A stretch of 27,610 nt of DNA from a virus (taxonomy: Duplodnaviria; Caudoviricetes), in the IMG/VR virus record IMGVR_UViG_3300043464_001365, positions 1 through 27,610 of that record. One strand, 5' to 3'. This document shows, piece after piece, positions 1-8,763 of the stretch. Positions within the stretch are counted from its first letter, which is position 1; each line of letters begins with the position of its first letter. The position numbers and the translations under genes were made by a program. The notes beneath the pieces were generated by a model. The model made no database searches. It was given only the letters and a program-made list of their open reading frames with translations, and had not been told where the DNA came from.

Positions 1-50
1 CGGCTTGCGGTGCGGATGTAGGTGTCAAAACTCGTTCGCTTGTCCATCAT
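1..50 (-). CDS. Early gene, N-terminus only (MMDKRTSFDTYIRTAS..., runs off left edge)
   Basis: ATG at 50 preceded 7 nt upstream by AGGAG SD and by the same 15-nt leader hairpin as the 117-299 gene. Confidence 0.6.
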   Translation of the reverse strand, partial: MMDKRTSFDTYIRTAS

Positions 51-64
51 CGTTCAACTCCTGT

Positions 65-329
65 ACCCGTTCTAGCGGGAATCGTCGCGCACGCGGTTAG
101 GCGAGCGCGACGGGTGTTAGACGAACCGGCGCGCGGCGGGCTTGCCGACCAGGATGTCTTCGGTGCGATAGAGAACCACGTATTCGGCGTAGGCAATCGC
201 GTCGGCCTCGGACTTCGCACGAACCGCCAAGTCTCGGACGCTTTCAACCCCGAGCATCGGGTGGCGGGTGATATAGGTCACGATCCAATCGGTAGCCATG
301 TTCGATTCTCCTTGACCCGTTCTAGCGGG
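65..329 (-). repeat. Two identical 15-bp elements ACCCGTTCTAGCGGG (65-79, 315-329), each just upstream of an early-gene SD
   Basis: Exact repeat; on the minus strand CCCG-CTAGAA-CGGG forms a mini hairpin followed by (A)AGGAG. Confidence 0.85.
117..299 (-). CDS. Small early hypothetical protein (60 aa)
   Basis: ATG with AAGGAG SD 8 nt upstream, downstream of a sigma70-like promoter; protein-like composition. Confidence 0.7.
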   Translation of the reverse strand: MATDWIVTYITRHPMLGVESVRDLAVRAKSEADAIAYAEYVVLYRTEDILVGKPAARRFV

Positions 330-354
330 GTCGGGTTACTGGCCCGACACATAG

Positions 355-382
355 ATCATGACATGCATCGGCACATCGTCAA
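355..382 (-). promoter_or_regulatory. Candidate host sigma70-type early promoter: TTGACG-16 nt-(TG.)CATGAT
   Basis: -35 TTGACG at 382-377, extended -10 TGnCATGAT at 363-355, AT-rich upstream sequence, points into the early genes. Confidence 0.55.
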
Positions 383-402
383 GAAAGATTCTAGAATCTT
401 TC
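383..402. promoter_or_regulatory. Perfect 20-bp palindrome GAAAGATTCTAGAATCTTTC abutting the -35 box (candidate operator)
   Basis: Exact inverted repeat in the sequence; operator role is inferred from position. Confidence 0.55.
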
Positions 403-416
403 CAAACTTTCCCCTT

Positions 417-566
417 TAGAACGTTAGAACGTGCGAACCGTCGACCCGTCGACCAGGCTACCCACCATCCAGACCCGTTCGGGTCGGGTTCGGGTCGGTC
501 CTTTAGAACGTTCTAACCGTTCTAACCGTTCTAACCGTCTCTCCTCTACTCGCTCCTCTACTCGCT
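417..566. repeat. Short-repeat array: TAGAACG/CGTTCTA heptamers, (TTCTAACCG)x3, (CTCCTCTACTCG)x2
   Basis: Heptamer at 417, 425, 504, 509, 518, 527 (also at 68 and 318); tandem 9-mer at 511-537; tandem 12-mer at 541-564. Confidence 0.8.
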
Positions 567-704
567 CCCCCTGAAGTCAACCTTTTTTCGGACTCTACCG
601 TCGCTTCTACAGACGTCTACTTTAGGGCGCTGTTCCGCGAAAGTTAGGGTTCACCGAACGCGGGTTCTGTTAGGTAGTTTCGTCTCCCTGGGCGATCCTT
701 CGAC

Positions 705-967
705 GCGGTTTCGGAGCGGTTTCGGACGCCCCTTCTACCCGCTATCTCGACGCCGTCGAGCTCCGGCGCCGGCCTACGTCCGTTCGTCCAGGGCCGACCA
801 GCTCCGCCCCGTCGTCGTTCCGGACCGCCCCCAGCTCGTCCCGGCGCCGTCGTCCGTGCCGATCGGGACAGGGGAGAAAACGACAGTCGGGTCGTCGGGA
901 CACTCACGAGACCGACGCGCCGGCCCCTCCCTGGACGCCCTTTCCGCACGGTTTCGGCACGGTTTCG
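705..967. repeat. Two tandem 11-bp duplications sharing core CGGTTTCG: (GCGGTTTCGGA)x2 at 705-726 and (GCACGGTTTCG)x2 at 946-967
   Basis: Seen directly in the sequence. Confidence 0.75.
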
Positions 968-1172
968 CGTGCGGACCCACGACCGGACCCGCGATTCGCA
1001 CGTAAGTCCTTGCGAATGCTAGGCTTGTCTGTGCTTTGTGAGAACGTCGGTCCGGCCTCGGCTCGCCCAGGCACGCCTGGGGGGACGCGCGGTTCCGACA
1101 GTCAACTGGCCCCCTCACGAATCGCGCACCAAAAACACCCCCCCTGCGACTTGCGTCGCCGGAGGCCCCCCC

Positions 1173-1379
1173 CTACGGTGCGTGCGCGAAGCGGAGCCCG
1201 TCAACGCGAACGTAGACGGCGGAGCGGGTCTTGCCGTCGGCGCCGGGGTATTCGACGACGACGGAGATGGCGACGTCGGGGACGGTGGTGCGATGGCCGT
1301 CTTGGGGTCCACCGATGAGTTCGATGGTGGAGCGTGGTCCTTGGTGACGACGGGTGGTCCGTGGGCGTTTGTTCTTCAT
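1173..1379 (-). CDS. Small hypothetical protein (68 aa) with LIGGPxDG motif
   Basis: ATGA overlap with the terminase stop codon; GGPxDG motif recurrent in small phage proteins. Confidence 0.6.
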   Translation of the reverse strand: MKNKRPRTTRRHQGPRSTIELIGGPQDGHRTTVPDVAISVVVEYPGADGKTRSAVYVRVDGLRFAHAP

Positions 1380-3097
1380 CGGGTGCGGCGTCCGAACCAG
1401 TTGTAGCGGCGGGTGTCACGACCGCGGTTCCGGCGGTCGAGCCAGATCTTGCGGGCCTCGTCGGAGGCGGAGACGGCGATGCGGTTGGGATCGATGCGGG
1501 TGGTGTCGGACCAATCGCTGAGGATCTGACCGAGGACGTCGACGTAGTCGTCGTTGTCGAGGCAGCCGGGGTCGCGGGTGAGGCGGGTGACTTGGCGCTG
1601 GAACTCGGGCATGGCGGCGATCTGGGGGGTGATGACGACGCGGTGGTTGCCGAGGAAGGGTTCGACCTGCTCGATGATGCGGAGTTCTTTCTGGCCGGTG
1701 GTGTGCTTGGTCTCGACGGTGCAGGACCAGCCTTCGGGTCGGGCGGCGTTACCGATCTCGATTTTGAGGCGGTTGCAGGCGGTCTGGAGCATGTTGGCGT
1801 AGGTGTCGCCGCCGAAGTTGGTCTCGACGGTGATGACTTGGGTGTTGGTGTCGCGGGCGATCTCGGCGAGCTTCTGCATGTTGTAGTCGGTGCCGCCGCC
1901 TTTGAGGCCGCCGAGGCGTTTGAGGAAGACGAAGCCGTTGAGGTGGCTGGCGACGGCGTAGGCGGTCATGTCGGCGCCGCGACCGGCCTGGTCGACGCGC
2001 ATCTTGGTGCCGGTGTAGCGGGCGACGTTCTGGTCGACGGAGAAGGGTGCGTAGAAGCGGTCGTCGCCGAAGCCGAGGGACTTGATGTCGAGGGCGGTGG
2101 AGCCGTTGTGGTCGCGGGTGCCCCAGGCGAGGTGGATGGGGGCGACGTCGTTGTTGATCTCGTAGACGATGAAGTTGCGGAGTTTGAACGGGTAGCGGTC
2201 GGACTCGCCGAGGGTGCGGACGATCTGGCACTCGCGGAGCCATTCGGAGCGTTTGGCGCGGCGGTCGGAGACGTCCTCTTCGGTGAAGCGGCGGGGGATG
2301 AGACAGCCGTCGGACTTGCGGTAGCGGCCGTTGGCGATCATGTCGCGGACGGTGGGGGCGAGCGGGAAGTTGATCTCGCCGGGCTCGGGGACGCAGAGGG
2401 GGTAGGTCCGGATGTCGAACCCTTCTTCCTCCAGGTCGTTGATGATCGTCTCTTCGTGCTTGGGGGTGATGAGGTAGACGATCTCGTTGGGGTCGACGGG
2501 CCCGCCGTCTTCGTGGGGGATGGAGGGGAAGAGGATGTTGACGAACTCGCCGCACATGCGGCGGAGCTCGGTGCGGGCGGAGAGGGTGGTGGTGTTCTTC
2601 TTGGTCTCGACGTCGTCGGCGATGATGGTGTGGGCGCGGTTGTTTTCGAGCTGGCCGCCGATGCCGATGACGAAGAAAGAGGGCTGGCGATCGACGGTGG
2701 AGGTGCTGACGTTGAACTTGATGATGCTGTCGAGGCCGGCGGGTGCGAGGTGGCGGAGGAAGGGGACGGTGTTGAACCACGACCGGAGGAGCGTGGAGGT
2801 CTTGTTGGCGGCTTCCTGTGAGCGTGAGACGTAGATGATCTTGCGGTTGGGGTCGCGGTACCAGGAGCGGACGCACTTGCCGGCGGCGAGGTAGGACTTG
2901 CCGATGCCGCGGGTGCCGGCGATGACGCGGCGGCGTGGCCCGCTGTCGAGGTAGTCGATGAGGTCGTATTCGACTTCGGAGAGCGGGGCGCGGCCCTTGC
3001 CGTCTTCGGTCTCGCTCCCGATCGCCAGCCAGAGTTCGCGGAAGAAGAAGCGGGCGTCGGCGTAGAGCAACGCTTCGTAGTCGATGTTGGCGGTCAT
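1376..3097 (-). CDS. terL: Terminase large subunit (T7 gp19-like)
   Basis: Walker A GTRGIGKS, Walker B IIADDVE, nuclease motifs DQAGRGAD and DDYVD; start at ATG 3097 chosen from ATGA coupling with the upstream micro-ORF. Confidence 0.95.
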   Translation of the reverse strand: MTANIDYEALLYADARFFFRELWLAIGSETEDGKGRAPLSEVEYDLIDYLDSGPRRRVIAGTRGIGKSYLAAGKCVRSWYRDPNRKIIYVSRSQEAANKTSTLLRSWFNTVPFLRHLAPAGLDSIIKFNVSTSTVDRQPSFFVIGIGGQLENNRAHTIIADDVETKKNTTTLSARTELRRMCGEFVNILFPSIPHEDGGPVDPNEIVYLITPKHEETIINDLEEEGFDIRTYPLCVPEPGEINFPLAPTVRDMIANGRYRKSDGCLIPRRFTEEDVSDRRAKRSEWLRECQIVRTLGESDRYPFKLRNFIVYEINNDVAPIHLAWGTRDHNGSTALDIKSLGFGDDRFYAPFSVDQNVARYTGTKMRVDQAGRGADMTAYAVASHLNGFVFLKRLGGLKGGGTDYNMQKLAEIARDTNTQVITVETNFGGDTYANMLQTACNRLKIEIGNAARPEGWSCTVETKHTTGQKELRIIEQVEPFLGNHRVVITPQIAAMPEFQRQVTRLTRDPGCLDNDDYVDVLGQILSDWSDTTRIDPNRIAVSASDEARKIWLDRRNRGRDTRRYNWFGRRTR

Positions 3098-3192
3098 GGT
3101 GTTTCGGGGATCTCGGGCTGTTCCTCTGGGTCGATCCACTCAAGCGGTGCGGCGTACTCGTTGCCGTCTCGGACGATGGCCCACGGAATCAT
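3094..3192 (-). CDS. Micro-ORF, 32 aa (MIPWAIVRDGNEYAAPLEWIDPEEQPEIPETP)
   Basis: Fills the gap, G-rich SD-like GGGGGTG upstream, TGA overlaps the terL ATG (ATGA); below the ORF-track cutoff. Confidence 0.5.
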   Translation of the reverse strand: MIPWAIVRDGNEYAAPLEWIDPEEQPEIPETP

Positions 3193-3207
3193 GACCCACC
3201 CCCAGAT

Positions 3208-4110
3208 TTAGAGTTCGTCGGCGATGATCCTCTGGCAGTTGACGATGATGTTGGTCTCGTCGCGGGTGCCGCGGCTGGCGGTGAACGTCAGCCAGTAGGC
3301 GCCGGAGACCTTGGGGGGCATTTCCTTCTCGTGTTCCCACGAGAGGGCTTTGCCGGTGGACGAGTCCTTGAGCGACGGCACGCTGATATGGAGCTGTTCG
3401 TCCTGCGTCTCGATGCCGCTGATGCCGAGCCGGTAGCGGGCGATGCGGAGGTTCCAGTCTTCGTGGATGTGGCCGGAGACGAGAATGTCGGCGTCGGGTG
3501 TGTACGCGGCTCGCCGCTTGACCTTGAGCGTGCCGAATGTCATTTCGCCGCCGCCGCCGGCGCCGTGGCACCAGTACATGTTTTTGGACCGCTGGGCGGA
3601 CTGCCGCATCTTGAACTGCCAGCGGACCCAGCCGCGGTAGCCGCCGGGCACGATCTTCTTGCCGGTGCGATGGTTCAGCTCTTGGCAGAGGCGGGTGGTG
3701 AGGTTCGTGCCTGAGTGCTTGAGGACCGACGTTTCGTGGTTACCCATGCCGATGTACGCGAGCTGTTCGGCGTATGGCTGGTACACGTCGGCGGCGGAGT
3801 TGACGAGTCGATCGAAGTAGTCCTGTCCGTCGAGGTCGCTGCGGGTGCTGCCCTTCGCGGCCCGCTTGTCGTGCGGACCCTGCATGGCATCGAAGGTGTC
3901 GCCGAGCTTGATGATGGGGGCGTTGGCATCCTTGGCGGCGTCGAGGATCTTCTTGTGCTGCTTGTCGAGGTGACACTTGCTGTCGATGTGAACGTCGGCG
4001 AGAAGCAGGGCGCGGAAGTTCCGCACGCCTGCGGGCATCTGCACGTTGACGATCGTGCAGACTTGGTTGACGGGTTGCGTCTCCCAGGTCGCGGCCATGA
4101 TGTCTCCCAT
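3208..4110 (-). CDS. Calcineurin-like metallophosphoesterase
   Basis: All five motifs present: DVH, GDTFD, GNHE, HG, GHIH; start could be 4110 or 4098. Confidence 0.9.
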   Translation of the reverse strand: MGDIMAATWETQPVNQVCTIVNVQMPAGVRNFRALLLADVHIDSKCHLDKQHKKILDAAKDANAPIIKLGDTFDAMQGPHDKRAAKGSTRSDLDGQDYFDRLVNSAADVYQPYAEQLAYIGMGNHETSVLKHSGTNLTTRLCQELNHRTGKKIVPGGYRGWVRWQFKMRQSAQRSKNMYWCHGAGGGGEMTFGTLKVKRRAAYTPDADILVSGHIHEDWNLRIARYRLGISGIETQDEQLHISVPSLKDSSTGKALSWEHEKEMPPKVSGAYWLTFTASRGTRDETNIIVNCQRIIADEL

Positions 4111-4121
4111 GTTGGTTCTTG

Positions 4122-4544
4122 CTACGGCGCGATTGCGGTGCCGTCGCGGTTTTCGAGCGGCGGTGGTCCGTCGCTGCCGTTGACGAGTCTGAGGCGTTCT
4201 TTGACCCGCTCCGCTCGCTTGGCGAGGTCGCCGGCGACGGTGCCGTTCCGGGCGGGATCTCCGACGCCGAGCATCTTGAGGCGTTCCATCACGACTTCGA
4301 GGAGCTTGGCGTCGGGTGTGACGGTCACGACGTTGCCGTTGCCGTCGGCCTTCTCCTGCCCCTTGTCCAGCACTTTGATGAGAAGCTTGTCGAACGAGTC
4401 TTCAAGCTGCTGGCGGTCGTCGCTACTTGGAGCGTTCGGGGAGGTCGAGGTAGTTGGCGAGTCGGTCGATGGCGCCGAACTGGTTGATGGCGTTGGGGAT
4501 GAGGGCTCGCTTGATCGTTTGGAGGTCCGCTTGGGAGAAGTCAT
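4122..4544 (-). CDS. Terminase small subunit (T7 gp18-like), start uncertain
   Basis: Position before terL; helical core LLEVVMERLKMLGV resembling gp18; the only in-frame upstream ATG lies 122 nt inside the preceding gene. Confidence 0.6.
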   Translation of the reverse strand: MTSPKRTSKRSSEPSSPTPSTSSAPSTDSPTTSTSPNAPSSDDRQQLEDSFDKLLIKVLDKGQEKADGNGNVVTVTPDAKLLEVVMERLKMLGVGDPARNGTVAGDLAKRAERVKERLRLVNGSDGPPPLENRDGTAIAP

Positions 4545-7500
4545 GGTCGTCTCGGAGTGCGGGGTTGATGAGCGCGCCGGGGACTTTGCTGAGTCGGCGG
4601 GCGTAGTCGAGGACGGGAACTTGGACCGACGGATCGATGCCGCTGGTCCGCATGGCGGAGAAGACGGCGTCCTGACCGCCGAGGGCGAGGGTGGTGTCGG
4701 CGATGCGGGGGAAGAGTGACGTCCACGCGGAGCGTCCGACCGCCGCGGCCATGATCTTGCCCGGTGCCAGTCGCTCCTCGCGGTACTTCTCGGGGTCGTC
4801 CTGGAACTGCGAGTCGGCGTAGACGCGGAGGGTGTAGAGCGTGCCGACCAGGGCGGTGTTCGCCATCATGATCTGGAACGCCTCGGGGTCCTTCATGGCG
4901 ACCGCCCAGCCGAGCTTGGCGCGGGTCGAGGCGACCATGAAGCTGTTGAACTGGGTGAGCGGCTTGGCCCACTCTTCGCTCATGAACGCCGGCATGCCGT
5001 TGAGGTCGGTGTCCACGAACTTGCGGCGGACCTCAAGGCGAATCGAGTTCATCACGGCGGCTCGGGCGGCGAGGTCGTCCCAGTTCTCGACCTGCATGTC
5101 CACGATCGTCGCGCCGACGGAGTTCTTGAACGTCGTGTGGTACTTCTTGCCCTGATCGATGATCCGCTGGACCATGTCGGGCTGATCGGCGAGGCCGGAC
5201 GGGAGCAACGCCCGACGGCCGGGAACCTTGCCGGACTGTGCCCACTGACCCCAGCGGTCCTGGATGCCGTGGAACGCCATGAACTCGCCCATGTCCTGCG
5301 TGATCTCTTGGAGACTGATCTTGTGGCCGATGTTGGCGGCGATGCCGGTGGCGCGTTCGGCCTTTTCGAGACCGCGGCCGTAGGCGGTGGTGCTCTTGGT
5401 GGGGGCCCCGAACTCGGCGATGGTGTTGAGGCGACGCTGGCCGGCGTTGATCGCCATGCCGTAGTAGTCCGCCATCCGCATCATCTTGGCGTCGATCTTG
5501 CCGTCCAAGGCCCGCTGACGGATCTCCGCCAAGTTGGGCATGGCCTTGAGCATCTTCGGCCCGAGGGCGGTGAACATGGCCGACATGGGCTCGGTGAAGT
5601 TGGTCAGGCCGGTCCACGCCGACGACAGCGCCATCGACTGCACGGTGTTGCGGGAGACGCGGCTGAGGCGGACGGCGTTCACGACCCACGGCTTGCTGGC
5701 GTCGTAGTGGGGCAGGCCGAGGATGTTGCGGCCCATCGTCTCGATGAGCTTGGCCTCGGTCTCGATCTTGTCGCGGTTGACTCCCAGCGATTCGGCCTCT
5801 GTGCGATAGCGACGGATTAGGTCGTCCAGCGACGACATCGGCTCGATCGGGTTGGTCTCGGGCTCGATGCCGCGGAGGGTGGTCGCGAGCACGCCGCTGC
5901 CCAGGGCCCGGCGGGTGTAGTTGCGGGAGAGGACGTAGAGGTCCTTCTCCATCATGTCGCGGATGCGGAGCTTGCTGCCGTCGGGCATCGGGTGCTCGTA
6001 GGCGACATCAAGCGGGATGCGACGCTTGAGGTTGGTCGGGGCGTTGGTGTCGCTCGCCCGCTTCTTGAGCTGCTTTTCGAGCTTGGCTCGCTCCACCGGG
6101 TCGGCTTCCTGCTGGATCCGCTTGAGGATCTTGACGTCGTCGGCGGCCGGCGCCATCTGCTCCAGCATGTCCACGGCCCGAGCGATCATCGCGTCGTCGG
6201 CACCGACCGAGCGGAGGGCGTCGACGACCGCGACATCGAGCGAGACGATCCGGGCATGATCGCCGCGGCTGACCTGACCGCCGCTCTTGATGATCGCCTT
6301 CGCCATCGACTTGATGAGCGTGTCGTCGCTGGGCTTGAAAGTCCGGCCCATCTTGACCATCTGCGACCGGATCGCGCCGGCGTAGGCGTCGATCATCGGG
6401 TCGAGCCCGTGCTTGCCGACATTCTCCTCGATGAGCGGGGCGATGTGGACGTGGGGGACGTAGTTGGGGTCGTCGGGCACGTCGACGGCGGAGATCGTGC
6501 CGGACCGCTTCTGGTAGTCCAGCATCTCCTTGAAGTTGGTTCGCACGGTGTCGACGTACCGCCTCGCCGCCGGCGGAGCCGCCCCGTTGCCGACGGCGAT
6601 GTCGAGGAACGCCGCGTCGTCGAACTGGTCCTTGGTGAGATTGACGCCGTTCTTGGCAAGCTCGGCCTCGGCGGACACGAGCGAGTCGTTAACGGCCCGG
6701 ACCTTCTTCTTGAACGTGAAGTCGATCCACGTCGATGCACCTTCGGCGAGCGCGCCGTCGGACTTGGGCAGGAAGTCGCGGCCCCAGGCGTTCGCGACCA
6801 TGCGGGCCATCGGCGACTTGCTGTCGCCCAGCCGAAGGTTGATCGCCCGGAACGGCTCGGGCACAAACGCCCACTGCCCGCGGGCCGAGGCGTCGTTGGC
6901 CGAGAACCGCCAGTCGTCGCCCTCGGGCGCGATGGTCCAGACCTTGCCGAACGGAGACTTCACGCCGCCGGGGGTGGTCGCGCCGACGGCTTGGGTGATG
7001 CCGGTCGAAACGGACTCGATCGTTTGTGCTGCCGGTCGGGGATTGCTCGCCGCCGACGGAGAGACGGGGACGGTCGCGGTCCGCGAGCGAGAGGAGCCCG
7101 ACAGGAGTTCTTGCTTCGGGCGAAGGATGTACGGAGTTCCGATCATCCTCAGCGTGTCCGCGACGACCTGCGCGTCGGCGTACCCGATCTTGAGCTTGTT
7201 GGCGATGCGGCTGGCCGACACTTCGCCCTTGGACTGCGAGACCTCTTGAGCCCGTGCGATCGTGTCGGCGGGGAGCCCGAGGTCTGCGAGCTTCTGTGAC
7301 GCCTCTTCGATCGATACGGCGGTCTGCGGAATCGGCTCGCGGCCCTGCTGCCGCATCTCGAACATGGCGATCGCGGTGAGTCGATCCGCGAAGGTCTTGG
7401 CCTGTTCCGGCGTGAACCGAGATCGACGCACGCCATCCTTGCCGACGATTCCGAACTCTTGGGCGAGATCGGTCGGGCTGATGTACCCCTTCTCCTGAAC

Positions 7501-8760
7501 GTACCGCTTGGCCGCTTCGAGAAGGAACGGGCTTTCGACTCCACCCGAGGCTGCGTCCTTGATTGCTGCGGTTCGCTCTTCTGGCGAGAGGCCGAAGAAC
7601 TTGTCGCCGACCTCGATGAAGCCGTCGCTGGAGAGCCGCGCGGCGATCTGCTCTTCGCCAGAAACCGCACGGAAACCCGGAGGCGGTGCCTGCTTGAACT
7701 GCCGCCGGCTCGATGTCGCAAGGCTGCGGTCGACCGGAACTTCCGTGGCCGCGAACGCGAACTCGGGCGATCCACTGGACGCTGCCGACCGCTTGATCGC
7801 CACGTCGTCGAACGGCTCGTTCACAATCTCGATCGAGTCGGCGACGCGGCGGTCGTTGAGTCGCGGGTCGAGCTGGGTCTTGAAGTACGCCTTGCCGTCT
7901 TCGCTGAGGGTGAAACCAGACGCGGCGACGTCGCCGTACTCGGCGTCGCGGATCATCCAGCGGACCGACTTGTCCATCGCTGCGGCGGACTCTTTCGAGA
8001 TCGCGCCGCCGAAGGCGCCGAGGAGGAACCCGACGCCGGTGCTGACCGCGACTTGGTGGGCGTCGGCGTCGGGGTCGAGCGAGCGGACGGCTGGCGTGGC
8101 GACGGCCTGCGACGAACCTTGGGCGAGCGCCCGTGCGAGACGACCGCTCTGGGCGGTGAGGCCCGACGCGACGCCGCCGAGTCCGCCGCCGAGGGCCGCT
8201 TCCATCACGGCGAACGGGTCGCCGGTCGGCTGCTGCGACTGGCGGAACGCCTCGATCGATCCGAACGCCGTACCCGAGATCAGGCCGGTGCGGGCAAGGG
8301 CGACGGCTCGGGCGGTCTGAGCGCCCTTGGCGAGAAAGCCGTAGCCGCCGGTGAGGACGCCCGCGGCGAGCATGGCCGGGTCGGTGAAGTCGGCGAGGAT
8401 CGCGCCAGCGATGCCGGAGATCCCCGACTTGGCGATCTCGGTGCGGTTCTGGAGACGGAGGAGGTTCTGGACGTGGATGTCGCGGAGGTGTTCGTCGCTG
8501 ACGGCGTCGCCGTAGGCGGGCCAGAGATCCTGCGTGACTTCCTCAAGAAGCGGGCGAACCTTGGCGTCGGTCAACTCGAAACCGGGCTGGCGTTCGTATC
8601 CGCGGCCTGCGGCGAGTTCGATCGCCAAGAACGTCGGCGTGTTCTGCTTCGCCCGGTTGAAGGCGTCGATGAACCCGGCGCCCTGCTCTGTCGGCGGCGG
8701 TAGGCGGCCCGGCGCGTCGAGGAATCCGGTCTGGGCCCGCGAGGTGGTGAATGTGCTCAT
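4423..8760 (-). CDS. Large internal virion / DNA ejection protein (gp16-like, 1445 aa) with two FtsK-gamma-like inserts
   Basis: Size and position as third internal virion gene; Gly/Ala-rich membrane-type helices near the N-terminus; C-terminal QFxSF motif region seen in such proteins. Confidence 0.8.
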   Translation of the reverse strand: MSTFTTSRAQTGFLDAPGRLPPPTEQGAGFIDAFNRAKQNTPTFLAIELAAGRGYERQPGFELTDAKVRPLLEEVTQDLWPAYGDAVSDEHLRDIHVQNLLRLQNRTEIAKSGISGIAGAILADFTDPAMLAAGVLTGGYGFLAKGAQTARAVALARTGLISGTAFGSIEAFRQSQQPTGDPFAVMEAALGGGLGGVASGLTAQSGRLARALAQGSSQAVATPAVRSLDPDADAHQVAVSTGVGFLLGAFGGAISKESAAAMDKSVRWMIRDAEYGDVAASGFTLSEDGKAYFKTQLDPRLNDRRVADSIEIVNEPFDDVAIKRSAASSGSPEFAFAATEVPVDRSLATSSRRQFKQAPPPGFRAVSGEEQIAARLSSDGFIEVGDKFFGLSPEERTAAIKDAASGGVESPFLLEAAKRYVQEKGYISPTDLAQEFGIVGKDGVRRSRFTPEQAKTFADRLTAIAMFEMRQQGREPIPQTAVSIEEASQKLADLGLPADTIARAQEVSQSKGEVSASRIANKLKIGYADAQVVADTLRMIGTPYILRPKQELLSGSSRSRTATVPVSPSAASNPRPAAQTIESVSTGITQAVGATTPGGVKSPFGKVWTIAPEGDDWRFSANDASARGQWAFVPEPFRAINLRLGDSKSPMARMVANAWGRDFLPKSDGALAEGASTWIDFTFKKKVRAVNDSLVSAEAELAKNGVNLTKDQFDDAAFLDIAVGNGAAPPAARRYVDTVRTNFKEMLDYQKRSGTISAVDVPDDPNYVPHVHIAPLIEENVGKHGLDPMIDAYAGAIRSQMVKMGRTFKPSDDTLIKSMAKAIIKSGGQVSRGDHARIVSLDVAVVDALRSVGADDAMIARAVDMLEQMAPAADDVKILKRIQQEADPVERAKLEKQLKKRASDTNAPTNLKRRIPLDVAYEHPMPDGSKLRIRDMMEKDLYVLSRNYTRRALGSGVLATTLRGIEPETNPIEPMSSLDDLIRRYRTEAESLGVNRDKIETEAKLIETMGRNILGLPHYDASKPWVVNAVRLSRVSRNTVQSMALSSAWTGLTNFTEPMSAMFTALGPKMLKAMPNLAEIRQRALDGKIDAKMMRMADYYGMAINAGQRRLNTIAEFGAPTKSTTAYGRGLEKAERATGIAANIGHKISLQEITQDMGEFMAFHGIQDRWGQWAQSGKVPGRRALLPSGLADQPDMVQRIIDQGKKYHTTFKNSVGATIVDMQVENWDDLAARAAVMNSIRLEVRRKFVDTDLNGMPAFMSEEWAKPLTQFNSFMVASTRAKLGWAVAMKDPEAFQIMMANTALVGTLYTLRVYADSQFQDDPEKYREERLAPGKIMAAAVGRSAWTSLFPRIADTTLALGGQDAVFSAMRTSGIDPSVQVPVLDYARRLSKVPGALINPALRDDHDFSQADLQTIKRALIPNAINQFGAIDRLANYLDLPERSK

Positions 8761-8763
8761 GGG

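Larger units (their letters stand above)
403..1172. other. Non-coding region between terminase module and first early promoter: probable genome end / direct terminal repeat junction
   Basis: No credible ORF; lies between the last late gene and first early gene as in T7-like genomes; short tandem repeats and G/C homopolymer runs. Confidence 0.55.

Noticed and set aside
417-566. Repeat array as CRISPR
   Set aside because: Units of 7-12 bp without unique spacers; no cas genes
1001-1028. CGTAAGTCCTTG...AGGCTT imperfect inverted repeat as a recombination site
   Set aside because: Too degenerate, single copy, and no recombinase in the window
644-1118. ORFs 644-949 and 774-1118 in the terminal region
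   Set aside because: Low-complexity Arg/Gly/Pro translations across tandem repeats, with no SD or phage-like codon bias
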